This document shows positions 1 through 9,810 of a stretch of 64,000 nt of DNA, piece after piece. This stretch comes from an uncultured cyanobacterium (lineage in GTDB: Bacteria; Cyanobacteriota; Cyanobacteriia; Cyanobacteriales; Nostocaceae). The stretch's first letter is position 1, and each line of letters opens with the position of its first letter. The notes beneath the pieces were generated by a model, which saw only the letters and a program-made list of their open reading frames with translations, ran no database searches and was not told the DNA's origin. Made by a program: the position numbers and the translations under genes. The DNA lies in contig OY970166.1 of assembly GCA_963706595.1 (NCBI GenBank), positions 3,296,001 through 3,360,000 on the forward strand. The letters run 5' to 3'.

Positions 1-94
1 CTTAATTATCAATAATCCCTGAGAGCCAACCAGCTTAAACAATTTTCTGTAAACTTGCTTAATTGCGACAAGACAAGACTGTTAGGAGTAAATC

Positions 95-331
95 ATGGCG
101 AATATCAAACTTTCTGAACTACACGCTGCTGGTTCTGAATTATTCAACGATTCTGAAAGTTTCTTGAATGAATTCAGCGATGTAGACTCCATTTCCGGTG
201 GTGGAATTGGCGGCTACGCTGGAGGAGTTAGCAACCCAGCAACATTAATGAAGCTAGCTGAGGCATTTGTGACTGTATATGCTATTGGTCACGTGACCGT
301 GTTAGCTAAATCATTCAGCGCAAACATTTAA
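95..331 (+). CDS. RiPP precursor peptide 1 (double-glycine leader)
   Basis: Leader MANIKLSEL..SELFNDSESFLNEFSDVDSISGG, AGGAG RBS, Ser/Thr-containing hydrophobic core, paralogous to the next ORFs. Confidence 0.85.
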   Translation: MANIKLSELHAAGSELFNDSESFLNEFSDVDSISGGGIGGYAGGVSNPATLMKLAEAFVTVYAIGHVTVLAKSFSANI

Positions 332-492
332 TGGTTCTGGTTTACTACAGAGCTTGATGGTTTTCCAGGGATTAAAGATAAAAAGCTATCTATGTGAATA
401 ACATGAGCTTTTGTTATTACCAATAATCCCTGTGGTCTAGCTAAATCTAAGCAATTTTCAGTTCATTACAACAAGTCTTTTAGGAGAAAATC

Positions 493-738
493 ATGGCAAA
501 TATTACACTGTCCGAATTAAACTCTGCTGGTTCTGAATTGTTTCAAGATTCTGAAAGTTTTTTGAATGAATTCAGCGATGTAGACTCCATCTCTGGTGGT
601 CAAGGCTACGGTGGTGGACTAGGCGCTCAAGTTGCTGTCAGTGATCCTACGACACTGAATAAGCTCGCTGGCGCATTTGTGACTGTATATGCCATTGGTC
701 ATGTAACTGTGTTAGCCAAGTCATTTAGTGGCATTTAA
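493..738 (+). CDS. RiPP precursor peptide 2
   Basis: Same leader ending SISGG; conserved AFVTVYAIGHVT core; RBS. Confidence 0.85.
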   Translation: MANITLSELNSAGSELFQDSESFLNEFSDVDSISGGQGYGGGLGAQVAVSDPTTLNKLAGAFVTVYAIGHVTVLAKSFSGI

Positions 739-907
739 TGACTTTGGGTAACTGCTGAAATTGATGGCTCTTTAGGAATTAAAGGTAAAAACTAATTTAT
801 GTGATTACCAATAATTCCTAAGAGCCGACTAGACACCATCTTGATCTTCACTGAAACTAACAAGTCTTCACAAGTTCACAAGTTCACAAGTCTTTTAGGA
901 GTACATC

Positions 908-1159
908 ATGGCAAATATCACTCTTTCTGAATTACACGCTGCTGGTTCTGAACTATTCAACGATTCTGAAAGTTTCTTGAATGAATTCAGCGATGTGGAT
1001 TCCATCTCTGGTGGAGCAGCAGTTGCCGCTACAGGTGCAACCTATGCCGCCAGCAATCCTTTGACACTGACCAAATTGGCTGAAGCCTTTGTGACTGTAT
1101 ATGCCATTGAACACGTAACTATCTTGGCTAAATCCTTCAGCCTAACTGGTGTTTACTAG
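908..1159 (+). CDS. RiPP precursor peptide 3
   Basis: Same leader and core family; RBS AGGAG. Confidence 0.85.
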   Translation: MANITLSELHAAGSELFNDSESFLNEFSDVDSISGGAAVAATGATYAASNPLTLTKLAEAFVTVYAIEHVTILAKSFSLTGVY

Positions 1160-1303
1160 CTCTAGTTAACAACTCGAATAAATGGCTCTTTGGGGATGAA
1201 AGGCATGATTTGATTACCACTTATCCCCAAGAGCCAGACAGATTCAACGCTCTCGATTTTCATTGAAACAAACAAGTCTTCACAAGTCTTTTAGGAGTAC
1301 ATC

Positions 1304-1573
1304 ATGGCTAATATCACTCTTTCTGAATTACACGCTGCTGGTTCTGAACTGTTCAACGATTCTGAAAGTTTCTTGAATGAACTCAGCGATGTTAATTCCA
1401 TCTCTGGTGGACAAATTGGCTACGCTGGTGGTGCTACCGTCGCTACAGGTGCAACCTATGCCGCCAGCAATCCTTTGTCACTGACCAAGTTGGCTGAAGC
1501 CTTTGTAACTGTATATGCCATTGAACACGTAACTATCTTGGCTAAATCCTTCAGCCTAACTGGTGTTTACTAA
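1304..1573 (+). CDS. RiPP precursor peptide 4
   Basis: Same leader and core family. Confidence 0.85.
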   Translation: MANITLSELHAAGSELFNDSESFLNELSDVNSISGGQIGYAGGATVATGATYAASNPLSLTKLAEAFVTVYAIEHVTILAKSFSLTGVY

Positions 1574-1721
1574 TCACTGTGATTAGTTACTTCAAATAAA
1601 TGGCTCTTTGGGGATGTAAGGCATGATTTGATTACCAGTAATCCCCAAGAGTTAGCCAAATTCAACGCTCTCGATTTTCACTGAAACAAACAAGTTCTCA
1701 CAAGTCTTTTAGGAGTACATC

Positions 1722-1973
1722 ATGGCTAATATCACTCTTTCTGAATTACACGCTGCTGGTTCTGAACTATTCAACGATTCTGAAAGTTTCTTGAATGAAT
1801 TCAGCGATGTAGATTCCATCTCTGGTGGAGCAGTAGTTGCCGCTACAGGTGCAACCTATGCCGCCAGCAATCCTTTCACATTGACCAAGTTAGCTGAAGC
1901 CTTTGTAACTGTATATGCCATTGAACACGTAACTATGTTGGCTAAATCCTTCAGCCTAACTGGTGTTTACTAG
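1722..1973 (+). CDS. RiPP precursor peptide 5
   Basis: Near-identical to precursor 3. Confidence 0.85.
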   Translation: MANITLSELHAAGSELFNDSESFLNEFSDVDSISGGAVVAATGATYAASNPFTLTKLAEAFVTVYAIEHVTMLAKSFSLTGVY

Positions 1974-2117
1974 CTCTAGTTAACAACTCAAATAAATGGC
2001 TCTTTGGGGATTAAAGGCATGATTTGATGACCAGTAATCCCTAAGAGCCAGACAGATTCAACGCTCTCGATTTTCACTGAAATAAACAAGTCTTCACAAG
2101 TCTTTTAGGAGTACATC

Positions 2118-2369
2118 ATGGCTAATATCACTCTTTCTGAATTACACGCTGCTGGTGCTGAATTGTTCAACGATTCTGAAAGTTTCTTGAATGAATTTAG
2201 CGATGTCGATTCCATCTCTGGTGGTCAAGTTACCATCGCTACAGGTGCTACCTACGTCGCCAGCAATGCTAGTACATTGACCAAATTAGCTGAAGCTTTT
2301 GTAACTGTATATGCCATTGAACACGTAACTATCTTGGCTAAATCCTTCAGCATAAGTGGTGTTTACTAA
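2118..2369 (+). CDS. RiPP precursor peptide 6
   Basis: Same leader and core family. Confidence 0.85.
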   Translation: MANITLSELHAAGAELFNDSESFLNEFSDVDSISGGQVTIATGATYVASNASTLTKLAEAFVTVYAIEHVTILAKSFSISGVY

Positions 2370-2517
2370 TCACTGTGATTAGTTACTTCAAATAAATGGC
2401 TCTTTGGGGATTAAAGGCATGATTTGATTACCAATAATCCCTAAGAGCCAGACAGATTCAACGCTCTCCATTTTCACTGAAACAAACAAGTCTTCACAAG
2501 TCTTTTAGGAGTACATC

Positions 2518-2769
2518 ATGGCTAATATAACTCTTTCTGAATTACACGCTGCTGGTTCTGAACTATTCAACGATTCTGAAAGTTTCTTGAATGAATTCAG
2601 CGATGTAGATTCCATCTCTGGTGGAGCAGCAGTTGCTGCTATAGGTGCAACCTATGCCGCCAGCAATCCTTTCACATTGACCAAGTTAGCTGAAGCTTTT
2701 GTAACTGTATATGCCATTGAACACGTAACTATCTTGGCTAAATCCTTCAGCATAAGTGGTGTTTACTAA
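2518..2769 (+). CDS. RiPP precursor peptide 7
   Basis: Same leader and core family. Confidence 0.85.
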   Translation: MANITLSELHAAGSELFNDSESFLNEFSDVDSISGGAAVAAIGATYAASNPFTLTKLAEAFVTVYAIEHVTILAKSFSISGVY

Positions 2770-2917
2770 TCACTGTGATTAGTTACTTCAAATAAATGGC
2801 TCTTTGGGGATTAAAGGCATGATTTGATTACCAATAATCCCCAAGAGCCAGACAGACTCAACGTTCTTAATTTTTAAGAAAACAAATAAGTGTTCACAAG
2901 TCTTTTAGGAGTAATTC

Positions 2918-3163
2918 ATGGCAACTATCACTCTTGATCAACTATATGCTACTGGCTCTGAACTGTTCCACGATTCCGAAAGCTTTCTCAATGAACTGAG
3001 TGATGTCGATTCTAGCTCTAAGGATCAATACAACGTTGTCGGCGGCATAATTACATTCACTGCATTCGCTGGAGCATTTGTTGGTACGTATGCCATTGGT
3101 CATGCTACTTATGTGGCCAAGTCATATAGTCAACCATACTATGGGTATGGGCGGCGCTTCTAG
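2918..3163 (+). CDS. Divergent RiPP precursor peptide 8
   Basis: GSELFHDSESFLNELSDVDS leader; AFVGTYAIGH core; RBS. Confidence 0.75.
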   Translation: MATITLDQLYATGSELFHDSESFLNELSDVDSSSKDQYNVVGGIITFTAFAGAFVGTYAIGHATYVAKSYSQPYYGYGRRF

Positions 3164-3617
3164 CTTTGTAGTTAACTATTAATCTTGATGGCTGTCTTGA
3201 GATTAAAGGTAAAAAGTAAGCAATTCTATCTGAGCAAAAACCTCATAATACAAAATAATGTTAAACATTCAGTTTCACATAAAATATAGAATTGCCCACT
3301 CTTATCTTAATCAGGTTTTGCATAACAAAAGCCTTACAGCCAGCCAAATTTAAAAAAATATGCTGTAATTCGATAACTAAATTGAAACTTAATTAAGACT
3401 AGGATCACAATTGGTGGATAAATCTGGCGACAATCGTCAAGATTGCTCAATTACCTAAATTAGATGAATTTAATTTAGTAGTCGTGGAAGATTGGGAATA
3501 AATGACAGTTTAACCTGAGCCAGGATAGCACATTAGTTGACGAATGATTAAGCTGACACTTACTGAAAGTAGCTAGCATTAATTCATTACTCAATATTTT
3601 GTGTGGAAATCAAGTAA

Positions 3618-3881
3618 ATGGCAAGAATTGTAATTTCTGAACTACACCCGACTAATTCCGAAAGCTTTTTAATCGAAATAACAGATATGTTTTCAATATC
3701 TGTGTATGGGGGGAATCAATATGTAATTGACTATGGATTTCATCAAATGCTGACCTTTACTTATAAGCTGATGGATTTTATGTTGTCAGCATTTGCTATC
3801 TACAGTATTGTCTCCCTTGCACATTCATTTATTACTGCGTCTGAGCTTAACTTTGCACCTGTTCAGTTTTACTCTTTCTAA
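3618..3881 (+). CDS. Highly divergent precursor-like peptide 9
   Basis: MARIVISEL..SESFL..VYGG leader-like part; hydrophobic AFAIYSI..LAHSF core similar to the others. Confidence 0.6.
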   Translation: MARIVISELHPTNSESFLIEITDMFSISVYGGNQYVIDYGFHQMLTFTYKLMDFMLSAFAIYSIVSLAHSFITASELNFAPVQFYSF

Positions 3882-4015
3882 TTATTGAATCTAAGTTGAC
3901 ATGATGACTAAAAAAATGTTGTGTGCAATCAATGCTTGGATAGGAATCCTCTGGTTTTACAGTTTCTTGATTAACCAGGAACAAGTTTTCACATTACTGA
4001 GGAGTATTTAACGCC

Positions 4016-5197
4016 ATGCCATTTTTATTAAGCTATCAAAATGTTTTTGACTACCTAATTCCCCTGGGATTATGTACTGAAGAAGAACGTTCATTGAGCA
4101 ATATTGAACTAAAACCTGCTAAAAACTTTAACTTATTACTCAGTTTATCAGAGGATAAGAAACTGCTAGTTAAGCAAGAGCGTCACAACCGAGAAGGAAA
4201 AACCGCCGGTGAGTTTGTGCAGGAATGGCGAATTCATGAGTTTTTGCAAAGAAACCCTGAACTTAGCTATGTGCGCCCTTTGCTTTCAGAAGCAGTACAT
4301 TTTGATGCAGAAAATTCGATCATTATTTTCAACTATCTCAATAATTATCGAGATGTAGCGGATTTTTACACCAAGGAGAATATTTTTCCTACACAGGTGG
4401 CGACCAAAATTGGCACTATTCTGGCATTAATTCATCGCGTTAGTATTCAACGTCCTGAGTATCGGGAGTTCTTTGAAAATTCTCAGGATGTACCGAGTCA
4501 AGATCCACCCAAACTAAATCAGAGAATGGATCGGATTACGCCGGAAATCTTTGGTAACGTTCCGGCTGACGGGTTGAAATTCTTTGCTCTTTATCAACGT
4601 TACGATAGTTTGGGTCAGGCGATCGCACAAGTAGGTAATTCCTATACTCCTTACTGTTTGACTCATAACGACATGAAGCTAAACAACATTCTCATCTCCT
4701 TAAATTGGCAAGATGTGAATTTAAATAGCTCATCCTCAGACCAAAGCATGATTCGATTAATTGACTGGGAACGCTGTTCTTGGGGAGATCCAGCTATCGA
4801 TTTAGGCTCATTACTCGCTAGTTACTTGCAATTATGGCTGTATAGCGTAGTCGTTGGTAAAGGAATGGAAATTGAAGAGTCTTTACGTTTAGCTACAACG
4901 CCTTTGCAAACACTCCGTCCTTCACTTGCTGCACTAGTTAAAGCTTATTTAGCAGAATTCCCCCAAATCTTAGAAGATCGTCCTGATTTCCTGCAACGAG
5001 TAGTGCAGTTTTGCGGTTTAGCCTTAATTCAATCTATTCAAGCCACACTCCAGCATGAAAAAACTTTTGGTAATCCTGGTATCAGTATGCTCCAAGTTGC
5101 TAAGAGTTTATTGTGTCGTCCAGAAGCATCTATACCCACTATTTTCGGTATGGATGCGTCGGATTTGACTCCTACTCAATATTCATCTGCACGTTAA
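4016..5197 (+). CDS. APH/choline-kinase-like phosphotransferase (class V lanthipeptide LanK-like Ser/Thr kinase)
   Basis: LLVKQE, HNDMKLNNIL (HxDxxxxN) and LIDWE motifs; next to precursors and a HopA1-like gene. Confidence 0.8.
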   Translation: MPFLLSYQNVFDYLIPLGLCTEEERSLSNIELKPAKNFNLLLSLSEDKKLLVKQERHNREGKTAGEFVQEWRIHEFLQRNPELSYVRPLLSEAVHFDAENSIIIFNYLNNYRDVADFYTKENIFPTQVATKIGTILALIHRVSIQRPEYREFFENSQDVPSQDPPKLNQRMDRITPEIFGNVPADGLKFFALYQRYDSLGQAIAQVGNSYTPYCLTHNDMKLNNILISLNWQDVNLNSSSSDQSMIRLIDWERCSWGDPAIDLGSLLASYLQLWLYSVVVGKGMEIEESLRLATTPLQTLRPSLAALVKAYLAEFPQILEDRPDFLQRVVQFCGLALIQSIQATLQHEKTFGNPGISMLQVAKSLLCRPEASIPTIFGMDASDLTPTQYSSAR

Positions 5198-5207
5198 AGC
5201 GTTTGGA

Positions 5208-5403
5208 AGACGCGATAGAAGACGCGATAAATCGCGTGATAGAAGACGCGATAAATCGCGTCTCTACAAAATATTTGGAAGCCCCCTCATCGCTTGCGGG
5301 GAGGGGGTTGGGGGTGGGGTTCTTGTACCTCATAACACCGGGAAGACGCGATAAATCGCGTCTCTACACAATATTTGGAAGACGCGATTTATCGCGTCTC
5401 TAC
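5208..5403. repeat. Cluster of palindromic REP-like repeats (AGACGCGATAAATCGCGTCT) plus a GC-rich hairpin element
   Basis: Several copies of the palindrome; the GC-rich part recurs inverted near 27681-27720. Confidence 0.8.
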
Positions 5404-5444
5404 AATTTTTTTCAACACACTCTCTTATTTACAGGCCAGCTTTT

Positions 5445-6551
5445 ATGCAACTATTAGATTCGCTACAAACACAACTAGCTACTATTCCTGAGCCTTTGCA
5501 GACATCAATACAAGACATTATTCATAAAGTTGAAATTGTTTCCCATCATTGTATTAAGCACCCAAACTATAAAAGCGTAGAATTAACTGAGCAAGCAGTT
5601 TCCCGCTTTCAAAAATTGCCGTTAGACCTCCAGAACAAATATTTAGCACTCCAATTGCGTAGTTTTCTTTATGGTGTCTACTACAACGGTTCTTTGCAAG
5701 AGGAACTCAATCTCACATCAGATGGAGAGTCAAAAAATGTAGCATTGAATCGGGATTTAGAAAATAATAGCTTTTTGGGTGTAGATATCGGTTTCTATGA
5801 CCGCTTACATGAAAGTAACAGAGGTGAAGGCTACTTCAGCCACGATTGGCTGGTAATCAAAGAAGAAACAGATGGTGCTTTGGCTGTGCATAAGGGTGGT
5901 TTAACTCTGCACATTGAGCGTGAGCAACACTTGCGACCAGAAGATCAAGCTGTAACTATCGGTAGTTTAGTTCCGATCAAATTACCCAAGAATGTGGTGC
6001 AGAATGGATTCTATATGGCAGTTGGCAATGAAGCTGCTCATGGTGATCAAGAAATAGTCAGGATCTACTTTAATTTATCCCCAGACGGTGCTGTTGCTGT
6101 CATGGATGGTTTGACTACCCAACTCAATGCTCTGCCAATTTCCTTCACATTTAAAGCCCTATATAATCCTACAGATTATGGACGTTGTGACTCAGCAGTG
6201 CTTTACTTTGACAAACACAACTATGAAGTTGTTCGTCCAGTATTAGAACGGGTGTATACAGAAAATAAATCACATTTTGGCGATTCAGTGCCTTTGTTTA
6301 CTAAATTACTTGCGCCAGGGTTAGCTCTTGCGGAAGAACCAAATAGCAAGTTTACAGACCGTGAAAGTTTTGGGATGAACCGATGCCAAATTATTGCTAA
6401 TGCTTTGCTTGATGTTTGGCAGCAAGATAATGATACGCCAGCAGGTAGGTTAGAATCTATTCTGAAACATTTCTCTATGCTGGAAATTGAATTGCAACGT
6501 CCTTATCTCAATTCCCATTCTGAAGATATCTTTACTTCTTTGCAGTTTTGA
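5445..6551 (+). CDS. HopA1-like protein (class V lanthipeptide LanY-like phospho-Ser/Thr lyase)
   Basis: VRIYFNL, R.DSAVLYF, PLFTKLLAPGLALAEEP and SFGMNRC motifs typical of the HopA1 family. Confidence 0.75.
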   Translation: MQLLDSLQTQLATIPEPLQTSIQDIIHKVEIVSHHCIKHPNYKSVELTEQAVSRFQKLPLDLQNKYLALQLRSFLYGVYYNGSLQEELNLTSDGESKNVALNRDLENNSFLGVDIGFYDRLHESNRGEGYFSHDWLVIKEETDGALAVHKGGLTLHIEREQHLRPEDQAVTIGSLVPIKLPKNVVQNGFYMAVGNEAAHGDQEIVRIYFNLSPDGAVAVMDGLTTQLNALPISFTFKALYNPTDYGRCDSAVLYFDKHNYEVVRPVLERVYTENKSHFGDSVPLFTKLLAPGLALAEEPNSKFTDRESFGMNRCQIIANALLDVWQQDNDTPAGRLESILKHFSMLEIELQRPYLNSHSEDIFTSLQF

Positions 6552-7032
6552 TATTGTATAGAACCTCACCCCAACCCTCTCCTTACTAAGGAGAGGGAGC
6601 CGGAGTTGTTTGTTTGGGAACTTCCAAGGAATAAAATACTTAATTTGTCAGGTGGGTTAGTGTGTAGGGTGTGTTGTCGCGTAGCGCAACGCACCATCTT
6701 CAATTCTCAATGCTGATATTATATATAGTTGCTTAATGTCATATTATACAATCTAGCTGCACGACAGCTTATTACAAGTTTTTCGTTTCAGTGTTAATTA
6801 CTTTTTATGTGCTTAATATATCTTTAATTGTTTCGGCTTTTACCTTGAGACACCTATCTCTGGAGATATTTTGATAACGTATCAATTAAATTGTCCTAAA
6901 TTTGGCTAACCTAAGCGTTTTTTCTCGCTTGTGATAAATCCGGGAAATGGGTTCTATATATGATATAATTAGAGATTTTGCATTAAAAAACTGGTGACTC
7001 AAAAAATTACTTGCCTAAATCCTGATTGCAAC

Positions 7033-7126
7033 GCAATACTGTTCGGTTAAGCAAATTTGTGCGCCAAAAACCCTTGTAGAGACGTTCCATGGAACGTCTC
7101 TACACTCCTTAACCGAAAAGTATTGC
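7033..7126. mobile_element. Small MITE/REP-like element
   Basis: 19-bp terminal inverted repeats (18/19 match) around a perfect 30-bp palindrome at 7075-7104; a related palindrome lies at 9764-9793. Confidence 0.6.
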
Positions 7127-7488
7127 CTCAAGGCTATATCTCAAAAAATGGCGCTGCCAGGAAGTTGCGAGCGTACAGAGTAAGATAATCGCGAGGTGCA
7201 GAAGCGAAAGGCGGTTTCTGTGATTGAGTTTTAGATTCTACGCCACTTTGAATCTACAAAACTATTTGTATATCAAGATTTGCTTACATAATAGGTCATC
7301 AAAATTTAATATGAACATCTTTTTTTTTGTTTTGGTGTGTAGGGTCAAGATTTTTGACAAACTACTAGCCCAATTCAAGTATTTGTGTGTAATCAAAAAA
7401 AGCTAAATACACGGAGTAAATTATTTCTAACTTTAGATAGAGTTAGAAAATAATTTCTTTTTGAAAAGAATTACAGAGGGGAAACTGA

Positions 7489-8319
7489 ATGCAAGCGGGA
7501 ATAGGAAAATATTTGGCAATCTTCGAGCCAGAAGTATTGCAAAATTTTTTGCAGCTAATTCGATTAAAATTTCATCTAAATTTTGGATTTGTTCTTTTAG
7601 GAGCATTAAGTTTTGCTAAACAGATAGATATTCCACTAATAGTTTCTATATTAGTGATGTACTTATCTTTTAATGTCTGTCTCTACGGTGGCATTTATAC
7701 AATGAATGCTATTACAGACCTCGAAAAAGATGCTAAACATCCACTTAAAAAAAATCGCCCCTTACCTTCAGGAAGAATTAGCATGAATACAGCCATAATC
7801 TTGGCTGTATCTTTAATTTCTTTAGGACTATTCGTGGGTTTTTTCTACTTCGGTAGAAACATTGGGTTGCTCTATATTACCTTTATTGGTGTTAACATTT
7901 TCTACTCATTTGTAGCCAGGAACGTCCCATATCTTGAATTATTTGTCAATGCAAGTACCATGCCAATTCGATTATTAATGGGTACTTTTTTAGCTGTTGA
8001 TGGTTTAGTACCGACGGTTTTGATGTTTGCAGCTTTTTGTATGGGAATTGGTTTTCTTTCTATAAGAAGAATAGTTGAGAAAGATATAAATAACTGGACA
8101 GAAGCTCGCCCTGCTTTAAAAGCTTATCAGGGAAATATCATGGTTTGGTTACAATTTATCTTTTTTGTTGGACTTCTTTTCGCATGTGAGTTTGATCCTT
8201 TTATCCACCAAGATTTTGTGGGCTACTTGCTGATGGTGATTTATTACATAGTTTTCTGTTTAGGAACTCATGTATTTCCTGCAATAAGAGGTTACTGGAC
8301 TCAATACTACGGGTATTGA
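7489..8319 (+). CDS. UbiA-family prenyltransferase (decaprenyl-phosphate phosphoribosyltransferase-like)
   Basis: Multi-TM protein with N(A)xxDxxxDxxHPxKxxRPLPSG motif. Confidence 0.75.
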   Translation: MQAGIGKYLAIFEPEVLQNFLQLIRLKFHLNFGFVLLGALSFAKQIDIPLIVSILVMYLSFNVCLYGGIYTMNAITDLEKDAKHPLKKNRPLPSGRISMNTAIILAVSLISLGLFVGFFYFGRNIGLLYITFIGVNIFYSFVARNVPYLELFVNASTMPIRLLMGTFLAVDGLVPTVLMFAAFCMGIGFLSIRRIVEKDINNWTEARPALKAYQGNIMVWLQFIFFVGLLFACEFDPFIHQDFVGYLLMVIYYIVFCLGTHVFPAIRGYWTQYYGY

Positions 8320-8621
8320 TCATATTGAGTAAAAGACGTTGAAAAAGAATACATTGTTAGACTAATTTCTTCATAATTTATTAGTGTGTTAATTAAACTG
8401 ACCACTAATTAATTCTTAGCATTATCTTGGATTGAGTTAGTCTTAAATCTATATCATTCATCTACCAGTCGTACATAATTTTCGGGTTGTATCTGATTCA
8501 TGCTTTATTTTTCAATCAAGAACTGCTTCTGCTAGGACAAAAATATCTAGATTTCGATAATCAATTTGATAATTTTGTCCTAGTAGGATTTCTTTGACAA
8601 CATATTATTATCCTCAAGGGC

Positions 8622-9299
8622 TTGGTTAATATGAGTTTATTTATTGGCTTAAATCAAACTAAACAAATACAAAGCATTAATTTTGATAAGTTCAATGCGG
8701 TTATTTTCGATGTTGATGGGACTTTCTACAATCTGAAAAAGATGTATAGTCTAATGCGCTTGGAAATCCTCAAATACTATCTAAATCATCCTTGTGAAAT
8801 TCGGGATATCAAAATTATCATAGATTTCCTGCGGGAACGTGAACGAAATGCCTTTGAAATTGTTGATGATTTGGAGAATGCTCAATATGAATGGGCAGCC
8901 AAAGCATCAGGAGCTTCATTAGAAAAGGTTCGCGCTTTAGTACAAAAATGGATTTTTAAAGTCCCTTTGGAACATATATATACTTGCCGCTATCTACCAG
9001 TTTTGGAGTTATTTGAAAATCTCACGCAGAAAGGTATAGCTACTGGTATATTTTCAGATTATCCAGCAACAGCAAAGCTGGCTAAATTAGGTCTATCTCC
9101 TAACTGCATTGTTAGCTCAACAGATGAAAATGTTCGTCGGCTCAAGCCCGACCCTCAAGGTTTATTTGTTGCTACTGAAATTCTAGGAGTTTCAGTGAAA
9201 CAATGTTTATTTATCGGTGATCGTGATGACAGGGATGGGGAATGTGCCAGGAGAGCAGGTATGCCATATCTAATATTAGGTAAAAGCTTTCTAGTATAA
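8622..9299 (+). CDS. HAD-superfamily hydrolase
   Basis: FDVDGT, KPDP and IGDRDDRD motifs; start uncertain. Confidence 0.85.
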   Translation: MVNMSLFIGLNQTKQIQSINFDKFNAVIFDVDGTFYNLKKMYSLMRLEILKYYLNHPCEIRDIKIIIDFLRERERNAFEIVDDLENAQYEWAAKASGASLEKVRALVQKWIFKVPLEHIYTCRYLPVLELFENLTQKGIATGIFSDYPATAKLAKLGLSPNCIVSSTDENVRRLKPDPQGLFVATEILGVSVKQCLFIGDRDDRDGECARRAGMPYLILGKSFLV

Positions 9300-9763
9300 G
9301 CTAATGAGCTAATGCGGATTGGGCGCAATCTTAGAAACATAAATATGGCTCTTCCGTACCAAAGTGTTCAGCAAAAATTGAAGAAGCTGCCCAGCACATA
9401 TTCATGCTTAACGTTGAAGAATTAAACACTTTCTTACGCCAACGCTTAGAAAAAAATGATTGATAGATGTAGGAGGGTATCCGCCGAGGGGTAGAGTCGA
9501 GGGGAATGTTGTGACTTGAAACATAAATTGCTTCATTTTCACAAATGGGTTATTTTATTGGGAATCAGCCCTGGTAATTGAGATATATAAATTTTTCCGT
9601 CCACCTACTTAATTTTTCAGGTGGGTTAGGATCTTAGTCTTTAACCCACTATAAACTTAAGCGATCGCTTAACGAAAAACCTCACCCTGCTTTTGCTATG
9701 CGAAGGTAAGGAGAGGGATTTTTGGAATGATTGTTGTTCGGTTTTGCATGGTGACATCACGTT

Positions 9764-9793
9764 TGTAGAGACGTTTCATGAAACGTCTCTACA
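9764..9793. repeat. Perfect 30-bp palindrome (REP-like)
   Basis: TGTAGAGACGTTTCATGAAACGTCTCTACA, a compensatory variant of 7075-7104. Confidence 0.8.
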
Positions 9794-9810
9794 TTTTTTG
9801 TCGCAGCTAT

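Noticed and set aside
1..2917. Regular ~400-bp repeats as a possible CRISPR or non-coding repeat array
   Set aside because: The units are duplicated protein-coding genes with RBSs
5113..5457. 114-aa ORF with repeated EDAINRV
   Set aside because: Translation of the REP palindrome cluster; overlaps the kinase end
7224..7406. 60-aa ORF before the UbiA gene
   Set aside because: TTG start, AT-rich, no RBS or motif
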